From NCBI GenBank assembly GCA_965222115.1, contig CBDCTJ010000007.1, positions 1,728,001 to 1,792,000 on the forward strand: a stretch of 64,000 nucleotides of DNA, in the 5' to 3' direction. Origin of the DNA: Planctomycetota bacterium. Lineage in GTDB: Bacteria; Planctomycetota; PLA2; JAEUHO01. This document shows, one piece after another, positions 9,059 to 20,400 of the stretch; the first letter of the stretch is position 1, and every line of letters begins with the position of its first letter. The notes under the pieces were generated by a model. The model saw only the letters and a list, made by a program, of their open reading frames with translations, was not told where the DNA came from and did not search any database. The position numbers were made by a program, and so were the translations under genes.

Positions 9059-11935
9059 ATGCTGCTCTCAACTACGCACCGATCCCTTCGAATCCGCAAG
9101 ACGTTTTCCTTTGTAGTTGCATGCGCCTTCTCGCTGAGTGCATTAAGTGTGCTTGCAGCCTGTGGCAGTGGAGGCAGCGGTCCAGGTCCCGATGGCACCG
9201 GTCAAGGCCTCGAAATCGTGAAGTTTCACCAAAACGGTCTCGATACGGTTGCTGCCAATCAGACGTTGCGCATCGACTTTTCGGAACCCGTTGATCCGTC
9301 TACCGTGTTTTCGGGTTCGTTTGTCGTAAAAGAGGGGAGCACGTTTGGCCTTCAGGTCGCGGGCACGACGTATGTCGATGGGTCCTCCATTTACTTCGAG
9401 CCACAGTTGCCTTCTCGCTGCGATCTGACCGACGCCGGGTTCAAGCCGGGCACGACGTACCGTGTGCTGATCACAGGTCATCCCGAAGAGTTTGCCGTGA
9501 AGAACACGCGTGGCCAGCCGTTGAGTGCCACGAAGAATTATTCGTTTACAACGCGTGCCGAAGGTGGGGTGCTTCCTGTATTCCAGGATCAAATCGCAGG
9601 TGCTGCGCCCGTCGTTACTCAGATTACACCGGCCGATGGATCCGAAGCAGTGACCGTCGCTACAGGAAATCAGATCATTCTCGACATCTCCGAAAACTTG
9701 GACCCCTGCACCGTCACGACCGACTCCGTCATGTTGACTATGGTTGAGAATGGCGACCCAAATCTCGGCTCGAACGTATTGGCGCCCAATGGCAATCAAT
9801 CCGGCTTTTACGCTGGTACTGATACAAGTGACCAAGTACCGGGTCCGTTGGGAGTACAGACGTGGGGTGCCGACGCCTCGACGACCCGCACACCTGCGCA
9901 GTTGATTCTGGCGAGCGTGGAAGTGGTTCAATCCCAAGCGTCGACGCAAATCGTCATTACGCCCGATTTCGGAAAATTTCCCGAGAACTCGCTGCTCAAC
10001 GTCTCGCTCACGGCGGCGATTCAGGATTTTGGTGCGCAACCGCTAACGGCATTTAGCGCTTCATTCACAACCGAGAATCTTCCTTCGCAAACCGACACGT
10101 ATGTACTGGACGCCGCCGGCGAAACAGCGTTCGATGACGCACTTAGCACCGCCGATGTGAACACAAGCCGTTCGCCCAGTCTTATTCAAGGCTTCCTTCT
10201 GCTCACGGGTGATGGCGACAACGGCCCCTATGCGCCCACCGACACGGTGGTGGACCCTGCCTATCCAAATTATGGGGCTGGGACATGCGCGGAGGTGCCA
10301 TCGGATAACACGAAGGACGACTTCATGCCGTCGGCAGATGTGATTCTCGATACGGGTGCTACGTTCAATCTTTGCACCAACGAAGCGGACGGATCTACCG
10401 CTGTCGTGTGGCAGTTCCAGAATTTCACAATCCCTTCGGGCATTACGGTGCGCATCATTGGCGTAAACCCAGCAATCATCCACGTTCAGGGCGATGTAAA
10501 CATCTCTAGTGGCGGTACCCTATTGGCAAAGGGCGATGGTGTTGGCGGGACGCAATCTGCGAACGGTCGGCAAGGCCGAAACGGCAACTCGAGCAGCTCG
10601 ACTCCCATCCCGGGAGTGACCGGCGGGGCAGGGGCCGCCGGCGGGGGTGACGGCGGTGATAGCGCGAATTCAAAGGGCACCGGCTCGATCGGTTTGACGG
10701 GGCAGCACGGTTCATCGGGCTTTGGAAGCGATGACACGCTGGCCCAGTCTGGTCAGGGCATCGTTGGCGGTGTCGGCGGCGGGCACGGCAACATTCAGTT
10801 GAAGCACACGTCGAGCAGCGCAAATCGTGCGACGGGTACGGGTGGCGGAGGCGGCGGTCACGCCGCCGTTGGTGGAACGGGTGGCGCTGTTCCGGGCACG
10901 GGCGGAACACTCTCGGGTGCCGCGGATGGCGCCGGCGGAGCCAAGTACGGGGATACCAATGCGACGATGCGAACGCCAATAGCGGGCGCAGGCGGAGGCG
11001 CCGGCGGCGCTTCGAGCGGATCTACGAGCACATCACAGTGGGTGAACGCGTCTGCAGGAAGTGGCGGCGCGGGCGGCGGGTTCGTAGACATCTCGACGTT
11101 GAACGGTGACATCGCGATTTCTGGATCGATCGATGCAAGCGGTGGCCGTGGCGGCGCAGGCACTGGCAACGCCAACGTTACTCCGGCTTGGAACGGCTCG
11201 GGCGCTGGTGGTGGCGGATCGGGTGGTGGCATTCGACTCTTGACACCCAACAACATCATTCTGGCCGGTGCTACAGTGACCACAGCAGGTGGAGCTGGCG
11301 GAACCGGCTACGCAGGCGCTGGGGCCACGCCCAACCTCGGCGGCACGGGTAGTGTGGGTCGCATTGTCATGGAAGCGGAGTCCATCATCGGACTTGCCGA
11401 TTCGACGGTGGTACCCACGCTGGGCGAAGACGGCTTTTATAGCGGTCCGTTTGATGGAACTCGATTCGTCGGCGGTGGAACGCGTCCCTCAGCCACGACA
11501 GAACGTGTGCTGATGGGGCCCCTAGATCCTGACTACATGGAACCCGTTGCCGGTGACTTCCTCGCGGGCATCCCTGCGGCAGCGACCAACGGCCCAAGTA
11601 AGACTGCAATCATGATTGAGGTGCGAGGGTTCCAGCTATTGCCCGATGGTACCGCCGACAATCCGTCACCGGAGCCCATGTGGACCACGGTGGGATATTT
11701 CACCGATTCTGGTGCACCAAACTCACCGAATTGGATCCCAGGTGCGAATCCCCCGCTCGCAGACATTGGCGTGCTTCCTGCAGATAACGACGGCCTAGCC
11801 GGTGGTATGAATTCGGTAGATTTCGCTGAATACCTCCAGCTCCGCGTGACCTGCTACTTGCCAATCGGTATGGAGCCCTTTGATCCGGGCTCGTTCCTCG
11901 ATCGCTGGACCATTCGATTCACGTCGAATTTGTAG
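9059..11935 (+). CDS. Surface lipoprotein with Ig-like and Gly-rich domains, paralog 2
   Basis: GGAGG RBS before ATG 9059, lipobox LAAC-GS, collinear with paralog 1. Confidence 0.8.
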   Translation: MLLSTTHRSLRIRKTFSFVVACAFSLSALSVLAACGSGGSGPGPDGTGQGLEIVKFHQNGLDTVAANQTLRIDFSEPVDPSTVFSGSFVVKEGSTFGLQVAGTTYVDGSSIYFEPQLPSRCDLTDAGFKPGTTYRVLITGHPEEFAVKNTRGQPLSATKNYSFTTRAEGGVLPVFQDQIAGAAPVVTQITPADGSEAVTVATGNQIILDISENLDPCTVTTDSVMLTMVENGDPNLGSNVLAPNGNQSGFYAGTDTSDQVPGPLGVQTWGADASTTRTPAQLILASVEVVQSQASTQIVITPDFGKFPENSLLNVSLTAAIQDFGAQPLTAFSASFTTENLPSQTDTYVLDAAGETAFDDALSTADVNTSRSPSLIQGFLLLTGDGDNGPYAPTDTVVDPAYPNYGAGTCAEVPSDNTKDDFMPSADVILDTGATFNLCTNEADGSTAVVWQFQNFTIPSGITVRIIGVNPAIIHVQGDVNISSGGTLLAKGDGVGGTQSANGRQGRNGNSSSSTPIPGVTGGAGAAGGGDGGDSANSKGTGSIGLTGQHGSSGFGSDDTLAQSGQGIVGGVGGGHGNIQLKHTSSSANRATGTGGGGGGHAAVGGTGGAVPGTGGTLSGAADGAGGAKYGDTNATMRTPIAGAGGGAGGASSGSTSTSQWVNASAGSGGAGGGFVDISTLNGDIAISGSIDASGGRGGAGTGNANVTPAWNGSGAGGGGSGGGIRLLTPNNIILAGATVTTAGGAGGTGYAGAGATPNLGGTGSVGRIVMEAESIIGLADSTVVPTLGEDGFYSGPFDGTRFVGGGTRPSATTERVLMGPLDPDYMEPVAGDFLAGIPAAATNGPSKTAIMIEVRGFQLLPDGTADNPSPEPMWTTVGYFTDSGAPNSPNWIPGANPPLADIGVLPADNDGLAGGMNSVDFAEYLQLRVTCYLPIGMEPFDPGSFLDRWTIRFTSNL

Positions 11936-12255
11936 CCCGCGCGGAAGTCTTGGAGCGCTCCTGGAGGGCGTTTGTTAGGTTGTTCTTGTTGTGCGAAGCC
12001 GCACAAGTGCCCGCGCGACTCGAATCGGTCTCGTCGCGCGGGATCGCGCACCTCCACGAACGGAGCTTTGGGGTCGAAGGACCGCGTCTGGGCAAGAATA
12101 TGGGGCTTTCCGCCTGAGTCGACTCCAGGCGAAGGGAGCTTCTCCACTGCTATACTCCTGGTACGCCCTTTGCGGTTTCGCATGCGTATCACCTTCTCAT
12201 TCGCGCCGATCCCACGCTTTCGATCCGGCCAGCGATGAGGCATTCGGAGTCATTC

Positions 12256-15120
12256 ATGTCCCTGAGTACCAGTCGATTTACGCGGATTCGTACCGCGCTC
12301 ATGGTGTGTGCCGTCCTGTCCCTAGGAATACTGTCCCTAGGAATGCTGACGGCCTGTGGAAGTGGCGGAAGCGGTCCCGGTCCTGATGGCACCGGCCAAG
12401 GCTTGGAGCTAGTTAAGTTTCACCAAGACGGCATCGACACCGTTGCGGGCAACACCATCCTTCGCGTCGATTTTTCCGAGCCCATCGATCCCAATACGGT
12501 GTTCTCGGGCTCCTTTGTCGTGAAAGAGGGTAGCTCCTTTGGGTTGCAAGTCCCGGGCACCACGTACGTCGTTGGTTCTTCGATTTTCTTCGAGCCCCAA
12601 CTGCCGTCGAATTGCGATCTCAGCGACGCCGGCTTCAAGCCCGGTACCGACTACCGAATTCTGATTACGGGTCATCCGGAAGAGTTTGCGGTGAAAAACA
12701 CGCGCGGCCAGCCCCTGAGCCGCACGTTGAACATGGGCTTTACTACGCGCCCCGAAGGTGGCGTTTTGCCCGTGTTCGAAGATCAGATTGCAGGCGTTGG
12801 GCCCACAGTGACCGCAATGACGCCTGTCGATGGCGCACAGGCCGTGAGTGTTGCAACGGGTAACCAGATCGTTCTGGATATCTCGGAAAACTTGGACCCC
12901 TGCACCGTCACGACCGACTCCGTAATCTTGACCATGGTCGAGACCGGCGACTCAAACCTGGCCAGCAACGTTCAGGCGCCCAATGGCAACCAATCAGGTT
13001 TTTATGTGGGTACAGACACCAGCGATCAGGTGCCCGGTCCCACAGGCGTAAACACGTGGGGCGCCAGCGCCTCTGTTCCTGTTACGCCATCACAGGTCAT
13101 CAACGCCGACGTACAGATTGTGCAGTCTCAGGCGTCAACACAGATCGTAGTAACGCCCACTTTCGGGAAGTTTCCTGAGAACGCACTCCTTGTGGTGCAG
13201 TTGACCGCGGCGATCCAGGACTTTGGCGGGCTTCCGCTCACGGCCTACAACGGTTCGTTCACTACAGAAAATCTCCCGATGCAGTCCAATACCTATGTCA
13301 TGGAAGCCGATGGAGAGACGCCGTTTGACGAAGAGCTAACAACCTCGGATGTCGATACGGAGCGTGCCAACAGCCGCATTCAAGGGTATTTGCTGCTGAC
13401 CGGGGATGGCGACAACGGACCCTTTGCGCCCACAGATACCGTCATTCCCCCATCCTATCCCAATGGCGTATCGTGTACCGACGTGCCCAACGATAACTCG
13501 AAAGATGACTTCAACCCATCCGGGGACGTCATTCTAGATACTGGATCTACGATCAACGCCTGTGTAAACAACGTTGACGGTTCGACCGCCGTTGTATGGC
13601 GCTTCCAGAATTTCACGATTCCATCTGGCGTTACGGTGCGCATTGTTGGCGTGAATCCCGCCATCATACACGTGCAAAATGACGTCAACATCGCTGCCAC
13701 AGCCCGGTTGTTGGTTCGCGGTGACTCCGGCAGTCCGTTCAATTCCGACGGTCGCTCGGGACGCTACCTCAATACCACAAACTCATCGCCTACGCCGGGT
13801 GTGACGGGCGGCATCGGTGTCGCGGGCGCCGGCGATGGCGGCGATAGCTCAAACGCGAACGGTTCGGGCCCGCTTGGCAACTACGGTCAGAGTGGTTCGA
13901 GTGGTTATGGTTCAGACGACACGTTGCCCAACATGGGGCAAAATGTTTTGGACGGCCCCGGTGCCGGTCAAGGCAATGTGCGTGTTACATATTCTTCCAG
14001 CGGCAATCGACCTACGACGGGAACATCCGGTGGCGGCGGTGGTCACGCCGAAGTCGGCACTTCCGGAACATCCGGCACGGATCTCGGTACGCTCGCTGGA
14101 GCTGCGGATGGCGCCGGAGGAAGTTCGTACGGTGATACCAACGCAACGCTTCGCACGCCCATAGCAGGTGCAGGCGGGGGTGGTGGTGGTTCCGTTGACT
14201 ACACTTCAACGTCGTACCAGTGGTACGACACCACGGGCGGCAGTGGGGGCGCCGGCGGTGGGTTTGTCGACATCACAACACAAAACGGCGATATCAATAT
14301 TGCTGGAACCATCGATGCTGCGGGTGGCAGGGGCGGAAGTGGCGCCGCCATGACTCGCTACATACCCAATTGGCAAGGCTCGGGTGCTGGTGGCGGTGGA
14401 TCGGGTGGTGGCATCCGGCTTCTCACACCCAACAACATCGTATTGATTGCAGCCACCGTTACAGCCGCGGGCGGAGCCGGTGGTGCGGGCGCAACCGGTG
14501 CTGGTGGAACGGCCAACAACGGTGGCGCGGGCAGCAACGGTCGCATCGTTATGGAGGCCGATTCAATCACTGGCATCGCGGGTTCTACGGTGTCGCCCAC
14601 GCTTGGCGATGCGGGCTTCTACAGTGGCCCCTTCGATGGTTCGCGCTTCGTTGGTGGTGGAACCACGCCGGGCGCCACGAGTGGATTGATTCAAGTGGGG
14701 CCCATGAAACCCACCTATCTCGAACCGGTCGCAGCGGATTTCACTGTCGGTGTACCTGCTGGCGCCTCAAATGGACCTGGCAAGACCTGCATGTTGCTTG
14801 AGGTACGCGGCTATGAAATGAAGCCCGACGGCACGGCTGACAAACCGGCGATTGAACCCATGTGGACCACGGTGGGTTACTTCACCGATTCGGGGAATCC
14901 GACCAGTCCCAACTGGATCCCGCTAGCGAATCCTCCACTGGCCGATATCGGTGGCGCAATGCCCGCAGACAACGATGGCCTTATTGGTGGCATGGCGTCG
15001 CTATTCGAAATGGAGTTCGTACAGTTCCGTCTTACGTGCTATTTGCCCTCCTCCATGGGGCCCTTTGATCCCGGTCCCTACATGGACCGCTGGAACATTC
15101 GATTCACGTCGGATCAATAG
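12256..15120 (+). CDS. Surface lipoprotein with Ig-like and Gly-rich domains, paralog 3
   Basis: GGAG RBS before ATG 12256, lipobox LTAC-GS, collinear with paralogs 1 and 2 but more diverged. Confidence 0.8.
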   Translation: MSLSTSRFTRIRTALMVCAVLSLGILSLGMLTACGSGGSGPGPDGTGQGLELVKFHQDGIDTVAGNTILRVDFSEPIDPNTVFSGSFVVKEGSSFGLQVPGTTYVVGSSIFFEPQLPSNCDLSDAGFKPGTDYRILITGHPEEFAVKNTRGQPLSRTLNMGFTTRPEGGVLPVFEDQIAGVGPTVTAMTPVDGAQAVSVATGNQIVLDISENLDPCTVTTDSVILTMVETGDSNLASNVQAPNGNQSGFYVGTDTSDQVPGPTGVNTWGASASVPVTPSQVINADVQIVQSQASTQIVVTPTFGKFPENALLVVQLTAAIQDFGGLPLTAYNGSFTTENLPMQSNTYVMEADGETPFDEELTTSDVDTERANSRIQGYLLLTGDGDNGPFAPTDTVIPPSYPNGVSCTDVPNDNSKDDFNPSGDVILDTGSTINACVNNVDGSTAVVWRFQNFTIPSGVTVRIVGVNPAIIHVQNDVNIAATARLLVRGDSGSPFNSDGRSGRYLNTTNSSPTPGVTGGIGVAGAGDGGDSSNANGSGPLGNYGQSGSSGYGSDDTLPNMGQNVLDGPGAGQGNVRVTYSSSGNRPTTGTSGGGGGHAEVGTSGTSGTDLGTLAGAADGAGGSSYGDTNATLRTPIAGAGGGGGGSVDYTSTSYQWYDTTGGSGGAGGGFVDITTQNGDINIAGTIDAAGGRGGSGAAMTRYIPNWQGSGAGGGGSGGGIRLLTPNNIVLIAATVTAAGGAGGAGATGAGGTANNGGAGSNGRIVMEADSITGIAGSTVSPTLGDAGFYSGPFDGSRFVGGGTTPGATSGLIQVGPMKPTYLEPVAADFTVGVPAGASNGPGKTCMLLEVRGYEMKPDGTADKPAIEPMWTTVGYFTDSGNPTSPNWIPLANPPLADIGGAMPADNDGLIGGMASLFEMEFVQFRLTCYLPSSMGPFDPGPYMDRWNIRFTSDQ

Positions 15121-15181
15121 ACGCGAATCGGTAGATAAGATGGGTTGAGCGCGGTTACTCGCGCCCCCTGTCCATTGCCTG

Positions 15182-15218
15182 AAGCGGGCCGAGAACTCTC
15201 GGCCCGCTTTCGCTTTTT
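15182..15218 (+). terminator. Probable intrinsic terminator after the paralog array
   Basis: aagcgggccgag-aact-ctcggcccgctt followed by tcgcttttt. Confidence 0.7.
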
Positions 15219-15279
15219 GGACGAAAGCCATGTGGACGGCTAGCGATGATTGGTGCCGAGCGATCTAAAATCGTGGCGC

Positions 15280-16182
15280 ATGGCCGATCCGAACCATTCC
15301 CAATCGAATCATTCCCAGCCGATCATGACGGCGGGCAAGGCACCCGACACCATTGAAGAAGCGGAGCGTGCGCTCGTAGACGTCTTGGACTCGTACCGGG
15401 AGCGTTCCTCAAAGGCGTTGGTGGCGATCTCGGGTGGTGCCGACAGCGCATTGTTGCTGCATATGGTTGCCGAGATCTGGGGACCTGAGCAGTGTCTTGC
15501 GGTAACGAGTCGATCGGAGAGTCTGCCCATCGAGGAACTCGAAGACGCGCAAGCACAGGCGCAGGCACTCGGCGTACGTCATCTCGTCCTTGCTGGAACC
15601 GAAACGCAGATCGAGGCGTTTCGGCGCAACGATGTCGATCGTTGTTTTCATTGCAAGTGGCATTTGTATGGCGAGGCCGTAGGCGTCGCGGGAATACATG
15701 GCATTGATCTCGTCATGGATGGGACCAATGCGGACGACGGTGGCGAAGGGGATCATCGGCCTGGAATGAGCGCGGCCAACAAACGCGGCGTTGTTTCGCC
15801 GCTTCGCGAGGCCGGCATCACAAAGGTCTGGGTACGCGCGATATCAAAGGCGCGCGGCCTTTCGACGTGGGACAAACCGGCCGAGGCGTGCCTGTCGAGC
15901 CGCTTTCCCTACGGGACACGGGTCACAGAAGAGGGACTCACTCGCGTGTATCGTGCGGAGCGCGTATTGCGCGATCTCGGATTTCGAACCGTGCGCGTTC
16001 GTGTGCACGACCCGATTGCGCGCATCGAATTGGGGCGCGAGGAACTCGCCGCGGCGCTCGGCCCGGGGGTTCGAACCCGCATTGTTGAGGGATTGAAGGC
16101 GCAGGGGTTCGAATTCGTCACGCTGGACCTTGAGGGATTTCGCAGCGGGAGCCTCAACCGCCCGGAAGACCCCGCTTTGTAG
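15280..16182 (+). CDS. larE: ATP-dependent sacrificial sulfur transferase, LarE family
   Basis: PP-loop SGGADS, RCFHCK, DGTNADD..DHRPG, WDKPAEACLSSRF, VTLDLEGFRSGSLN. Confidence 0.9.
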   Translation: MADPNHSQSNHSQPIMTAGKAPDTIEEAERALVDVLDSYRERSSKALVAISGGADSALLLHMVAEIWGPEQCLAVTSRSESLPIEELEDAQAQAQALGVRHLVLAGTETQIEAFRRNDVDRCFHCKWHLYGEAVGVAGIHGIDLVMDGTNADDGGEGDHRPGMSAANKRGVVSPLREAGITKVWVRAISKARGLSTWDKPAEACLSSRFPYGTRVTEEGLTRVYRAERVLRDLGFRTVRVRVHDPIARIELGREELAAALGPGVRTRIVEGLKAQGFEFVTLDLEGFRSGSLNRPEDPAL

Positions 16183-16255
16183 CGCGCTTGGCCCTTCGGC
16201 GCGCCATGTGACCGCGAATCCGTTCGCGCCGCGCCCGCGCGGCTATGATGGCGCC

Positions 16256-17413
16256 ATGCATACACGCCGCGAGAACTGGGCTGGACTCTCGTTGGTGATG
16301 GGGGCGTTGCTTGCGCTCGTGGTCATGCCGCTCATGAGCCAACGCCACCTCGCCGAGGCGCGCGAATCGGGCATGCGCGATGCACGAACTGCCATGGCCG
16401 AGCCATCGGCCCACCGAAAGGCGCGCCATCGTGCGATCGATCGCGCATGCAAGTTTCTTGCGAGCCGACAGGCGCAGGACGGTAGTTGGGGTCCCAATCG
16501 CGCCAAGATTGCAATCACATCCCTGGTACTGCTCGCGCTCATGGCAGATGGCTCTACCGATGGACGAGGACCGTACGGCGCCGAAGTCCGACGGGGCGTC
16601 ACCTTTTTGGTCAAGCTGATTGAAGAGAAGCAGCCCGATGACCCCAACCCGCGCGGGTACTTCGCCCACCCCGACGACTACACCAGCCGTATGCATGGCC
16701 AGGGGTTTGCCACGTTTGCATTGGCGACCGCACTTGGCACGTCAACCGGCAAACGCGCGGCGCGCATCCGCGGCGCCGTGATCCACGCGGTGCGTTGCAT
16801 TGAAAACAGCCAAAATGCCACCGGTGGATTTGGTTACGAGCCCAAGCGCAACTCCGATCACGAGGGCAGTGTAACGGTTGCGGTGGCGCAGGGTCTGCGC
16901 GCGGCGCGCGACGTGGGCATCATTGTTGATGAGAACGTGGTACGCAAGGGCCTCAAGTACCTAAAGTCGAGTCAGAAGAAGGACGGATCGTTTCGCTACA
17001 GTTTGTTGCGCGAAGAGTCCACCTACGCGTTGACAGGTGCGGCCCTGAGTTCGTTCTTTCTCTATGGTGCTTACGCCAAGACCTACCGCGGTACGATTAA
17101 GCGGGCCTTGGGCTACATCACCAAAAAGCTCGGAAGCCAAGGAGCAAGCCAAGACTGGTATTACTACGGCCACTTCTATACCGGATGGGCACTGTGGCAG
17201 TGGGACGGCAACAACTGGCGGCGCGGTCGGGGTCATCTCTGGGCCAACTGGCAACACCAAGTGCTCACCGACATCATGAGTCAGCAGCGCGATAGCGACG
17301 GCAGTTTTGATAAGCGCGATCGCCGTCACGACTTCGGACCGGAGCTCAGTACCGCCTTTGCTGCGCTTACGTTGGCCATTCCCGATGAAGGGTTGCCCAT
17401 CTTTCAACGGTAG
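16256..17413 (+). CDS. Prenyltransferase/squalene oxidase repeat protein with N-terminal membrane anchor
   Basis: QW-type repeats (RQAQDGSW, SQNATGGFGY, SQKKDGSFRY), MHGQGFATFAL, C-terminal LPIFQR. Confidence 0.85.
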   Translation: MHTRRENWAGLSLVMGALLALVVMPLMSQRHLAEARESGMRDARTAMAEPSAHRKARHRAIDRACKFLASRQAQDGSWGPNRAKIAITSLVLLALMADGSTDGRGPYGAEVRRGVTFLVKLIEEKQPDDPNPRGYFAHPDDYTSRMHGQGFATFALATALGTSTGKRAARIRGAVIHAVRCIENSQNATGGFGYEPKRNSDHEGSVTVAVAQGLRAARDVGIIVDENVVRKGLKYLKSSQKKDGSFRYSLLREESTYALTGAALSSFFLYGAYAKTYRGTIKRALGYITKKLGSQGASQDWYYYGHFYTGWALWQWDGNNWRRGRGHLWANWQHQVLTDIMSQQRDSDGSFDKRDRRHDFGPELSTAFAALTLAIPDEGLPIFQR

Positions 17414-17418
17414 TCGTG

Positions 17419-20400
17419 TCAACGTTGCCGCGGACGCGACAGGCGAACCTCATCCTCCCGCACGTCTCGGATCAATGTGCCTGCCTCAATCAGTGATTCT
17501 GTGGCCCGCTTGACCGCCTCACCGATCTTGGAACCACGTCGCGCAAACCCAAAGACACGCCCGGTCTCTCGCAACAGGTCTTCAACGGTGAGACTCAGAT
17601 GGGCGTCAACAATGCACAACATGGCGGCTTCGACCTCTTCGGGCGCAATGTGTTCGATATCTCGCTGTACGCCGTCGCCCGGGCGACGGGGCTGAATGCT
17701 CGTCGTGCCCGGCTTCCACAGATACGAACCGCGTCGTTCCACCTCGCCCCGCGCTTCCGCGTCACGAATGGCTTCTTGCACACGGGTTTGCGTCTTGCTC
17801 GTCACACGTGACATGCCCCACGCAATCGAAAGGCGCCGCGCGGCCACGTCCTGATGAACAGGTGCTTCCTTGGCAACGACCTTGATCACGCAATTGCGGA
17901 TGCGATGAAGCGGGACCACGTGGAATTCTTCGGCAGCTCCCTGAGGTCGTAGGTGTATGGCGTTGTAGTCCACAATGCCGGGCAGATCATCGGTTTGAAG
18001 TTCGTCGGCAAGCCATGCCTCGTCGTTCGTATCATTCGTTGAGGTACCTTCGCTGTTGATGGCGACTGGGCCATTGGGTTCCGTCGCTTGCGGCGCGGGC
18101 TCACGCAATGCACGCTGAATGGCTTGCACGCACGCATCGGGCGTCCGTACCCAGTCCGGTGACCACACATGCAAGACCCGCCATCCCAGTCGTCGAAGTA
18201 GCGCGGCGCGCGAACGCTCGCGATCGCGCGATGTAGCCGCATCGCGATACCCCGGTCCGTCACACAATAGGCCCAAAGCGAACCGGTCTCTTTGCTTTTC
18301 CGGAATCGCCACATCCACTTGAAACGCGGAGGCGCCCACGCTGTGTACCGCGTCGTGTCCTTCCCGCGCGAGTGCTTCCACGATCGCGCGCATCATTTCA
18401 GGCGCGCCATCGTCTTTGGTGTCGCGTTTTGCGGGATGGGGCCACCCCGTTCCTTGCATACCGCGGCGTGCCGTTTCCAAGTACGCGCGAAGCAAGTGGG
18501 CCCCGCGGCTTTCGGTTCGATCCAGGGCGATGTCCTCTGGCTGAATCGACGCGTAGACAATGACTTGTTTTCGGGAACGCGTAACGGCCACGTTGAGTCG
18601 CCGGTCGCCGCCGTTTGCGCTCAGCGGACCGAACAGCAAGCGGAACGTGCCTTCCGGGTTGCGCGCGTATCCCACGCTAAAGAGAATGACGTCGCGCTCG
18701 TCTCCCTGTACCGACTCAAGGTTCTTCACGAACACGGGCTCATTGGATTCCAAATCGAAGCGATGATCGAAGGACGGGTCGTCGGCGCGCAGTTCGTCGA
18801 TTGCATCCCACACCGCGTCGCGTTGTGAGGCGCTAAAGGTCACCACACCTACGCTGTCACGCGGTCGCGTCGTCAGGATGTCGAATACATGCTTGGCCAC
18901 CGCCCTCGCTTCTATTGGGTTGGTTCGTGATCCGCCGCGCCCGCCGTAAAACACGCCGTCGGGCACATGGACGAATGAAATTCCAAGTGCGGCGGGGTCG
19001 CGATCGGCATTCGGAAACGTAACGAGGCCGTTCTCATAGAAGTGTCGATTGCTAAACGAAATCAAACTCTCGTCGAGACTTCGATAGTGCCACCTTAGCG
19101 ACACATGCGGTAGAGGGCCGGCCTGACATTCATCCAATACGCTGGGCAAGTCGGTGAGTTCACCTGCCAGCAGCGCCTCACTCTCGTCTTCCTCGAAGCG
19201 CCGCGTGAAGAATCGTGTGGGCGGTAACTGTTTGGAGTCCCCCGCAACAACGACTTGCTTGGCGCGGGCGATGGCGCCAATCGCATCCTCGGTACAGATC
19301 TGTGAGGCCTCGTCAAAGATCACAATATCAAGTTCGTTGTCACCCGGTGGCAAATAGGTCGCCACGCTGAGCGGGCTCATCATGAGGCACGGCTTCAGCG
19401 CCCGCAGCAGTCGGGGAATACGATCAAAGAGCACGCGCGTGGGCAAGTGTCGTCGCTCTTTGCGCATCTCCCGCTTGAGAATACTGACTTCACTGTCGCC
19501 CGTGGCGGCGGTCGTGGGTGGAGGAATGTCCGCGCGAAGTGTGCGCGCTACGCGTGTGCATGCCTGTGTCAACTGTTGCTGATCCAATTCACAGAAGCGT
19601 TCGATTCGCTTCTCGCGTGTGGTGGCATCGAAACTGCCAAGCTCGTCTACGGTACTCAACAATCGATCGGCAAAGGCGCGCCAGAACGTTCGAAACCACG
19701 TGTCAACCAAGCGGTGGCTCGCGGCTCCCGTTTCTTCAAATGCATCCAAGTACTCGCCCAACCCCTTCGTCGAGGCATCTCCTGCGGCCCGATGCCATGC
19801 CACCCACGTGGGCAACGATGCCGTGGAGGTAGATGCCTCGTCGGCAAATGTGCGAACTTCAATGATCGGGATATCGTTTAGCGCGTGGCCAAATCGCGCC
19901 TCGACGTCCAGGTCGAGCGTTGCACACACATCATTCATGGCATGAACAAACGTGTCTGCATCCCGTGTCCATGACGCCGATGCATCGAGGAAGATCTGCT
20001 TATCTTCTGCGTTGGCCGCGTTTGCTAACTGCGTGCGCGATATCGTCTGTGACGTGAGTGCCAGGGCTTGAGAAATCCACGTGGTGTGTTTGGCCACATG
20101 CGAGAGATCGCTGCGCGCCCCAGTGTACTCGTTGCCAAAGGCCGACAGCAGCGAGGCATCGCCTGCGTCCAACTCATGGTTGTACTGCTTCACTGCAACA
20201 AGTCGCGCTACGTCGCGTGGGAGATCAACGTCGCGCTTGGTCCGGCCCGATGCGAGCTGCGCGGCGAGCATCTTTTTTGCGCGGCGTCGTCGAAACCAGC
20301 CAACGATGAATCCGCCCGAACGAGACAGCTTTGCGAGACGTTCTGCATCGAGCGCGAGGACGCCATCGTCATAGGTCTTCTGTAGCGCGGCGATCTCCTC

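Noticed and set aside
5846-15120. Diversity-generating retroelement or misassembly as the cause of the three paralogs
   Set aside because: No reverse transcriptase and no adenine-specific template/variable repeat pair were seen. Widespread synonymous divergence argues against a duplicated assembly.
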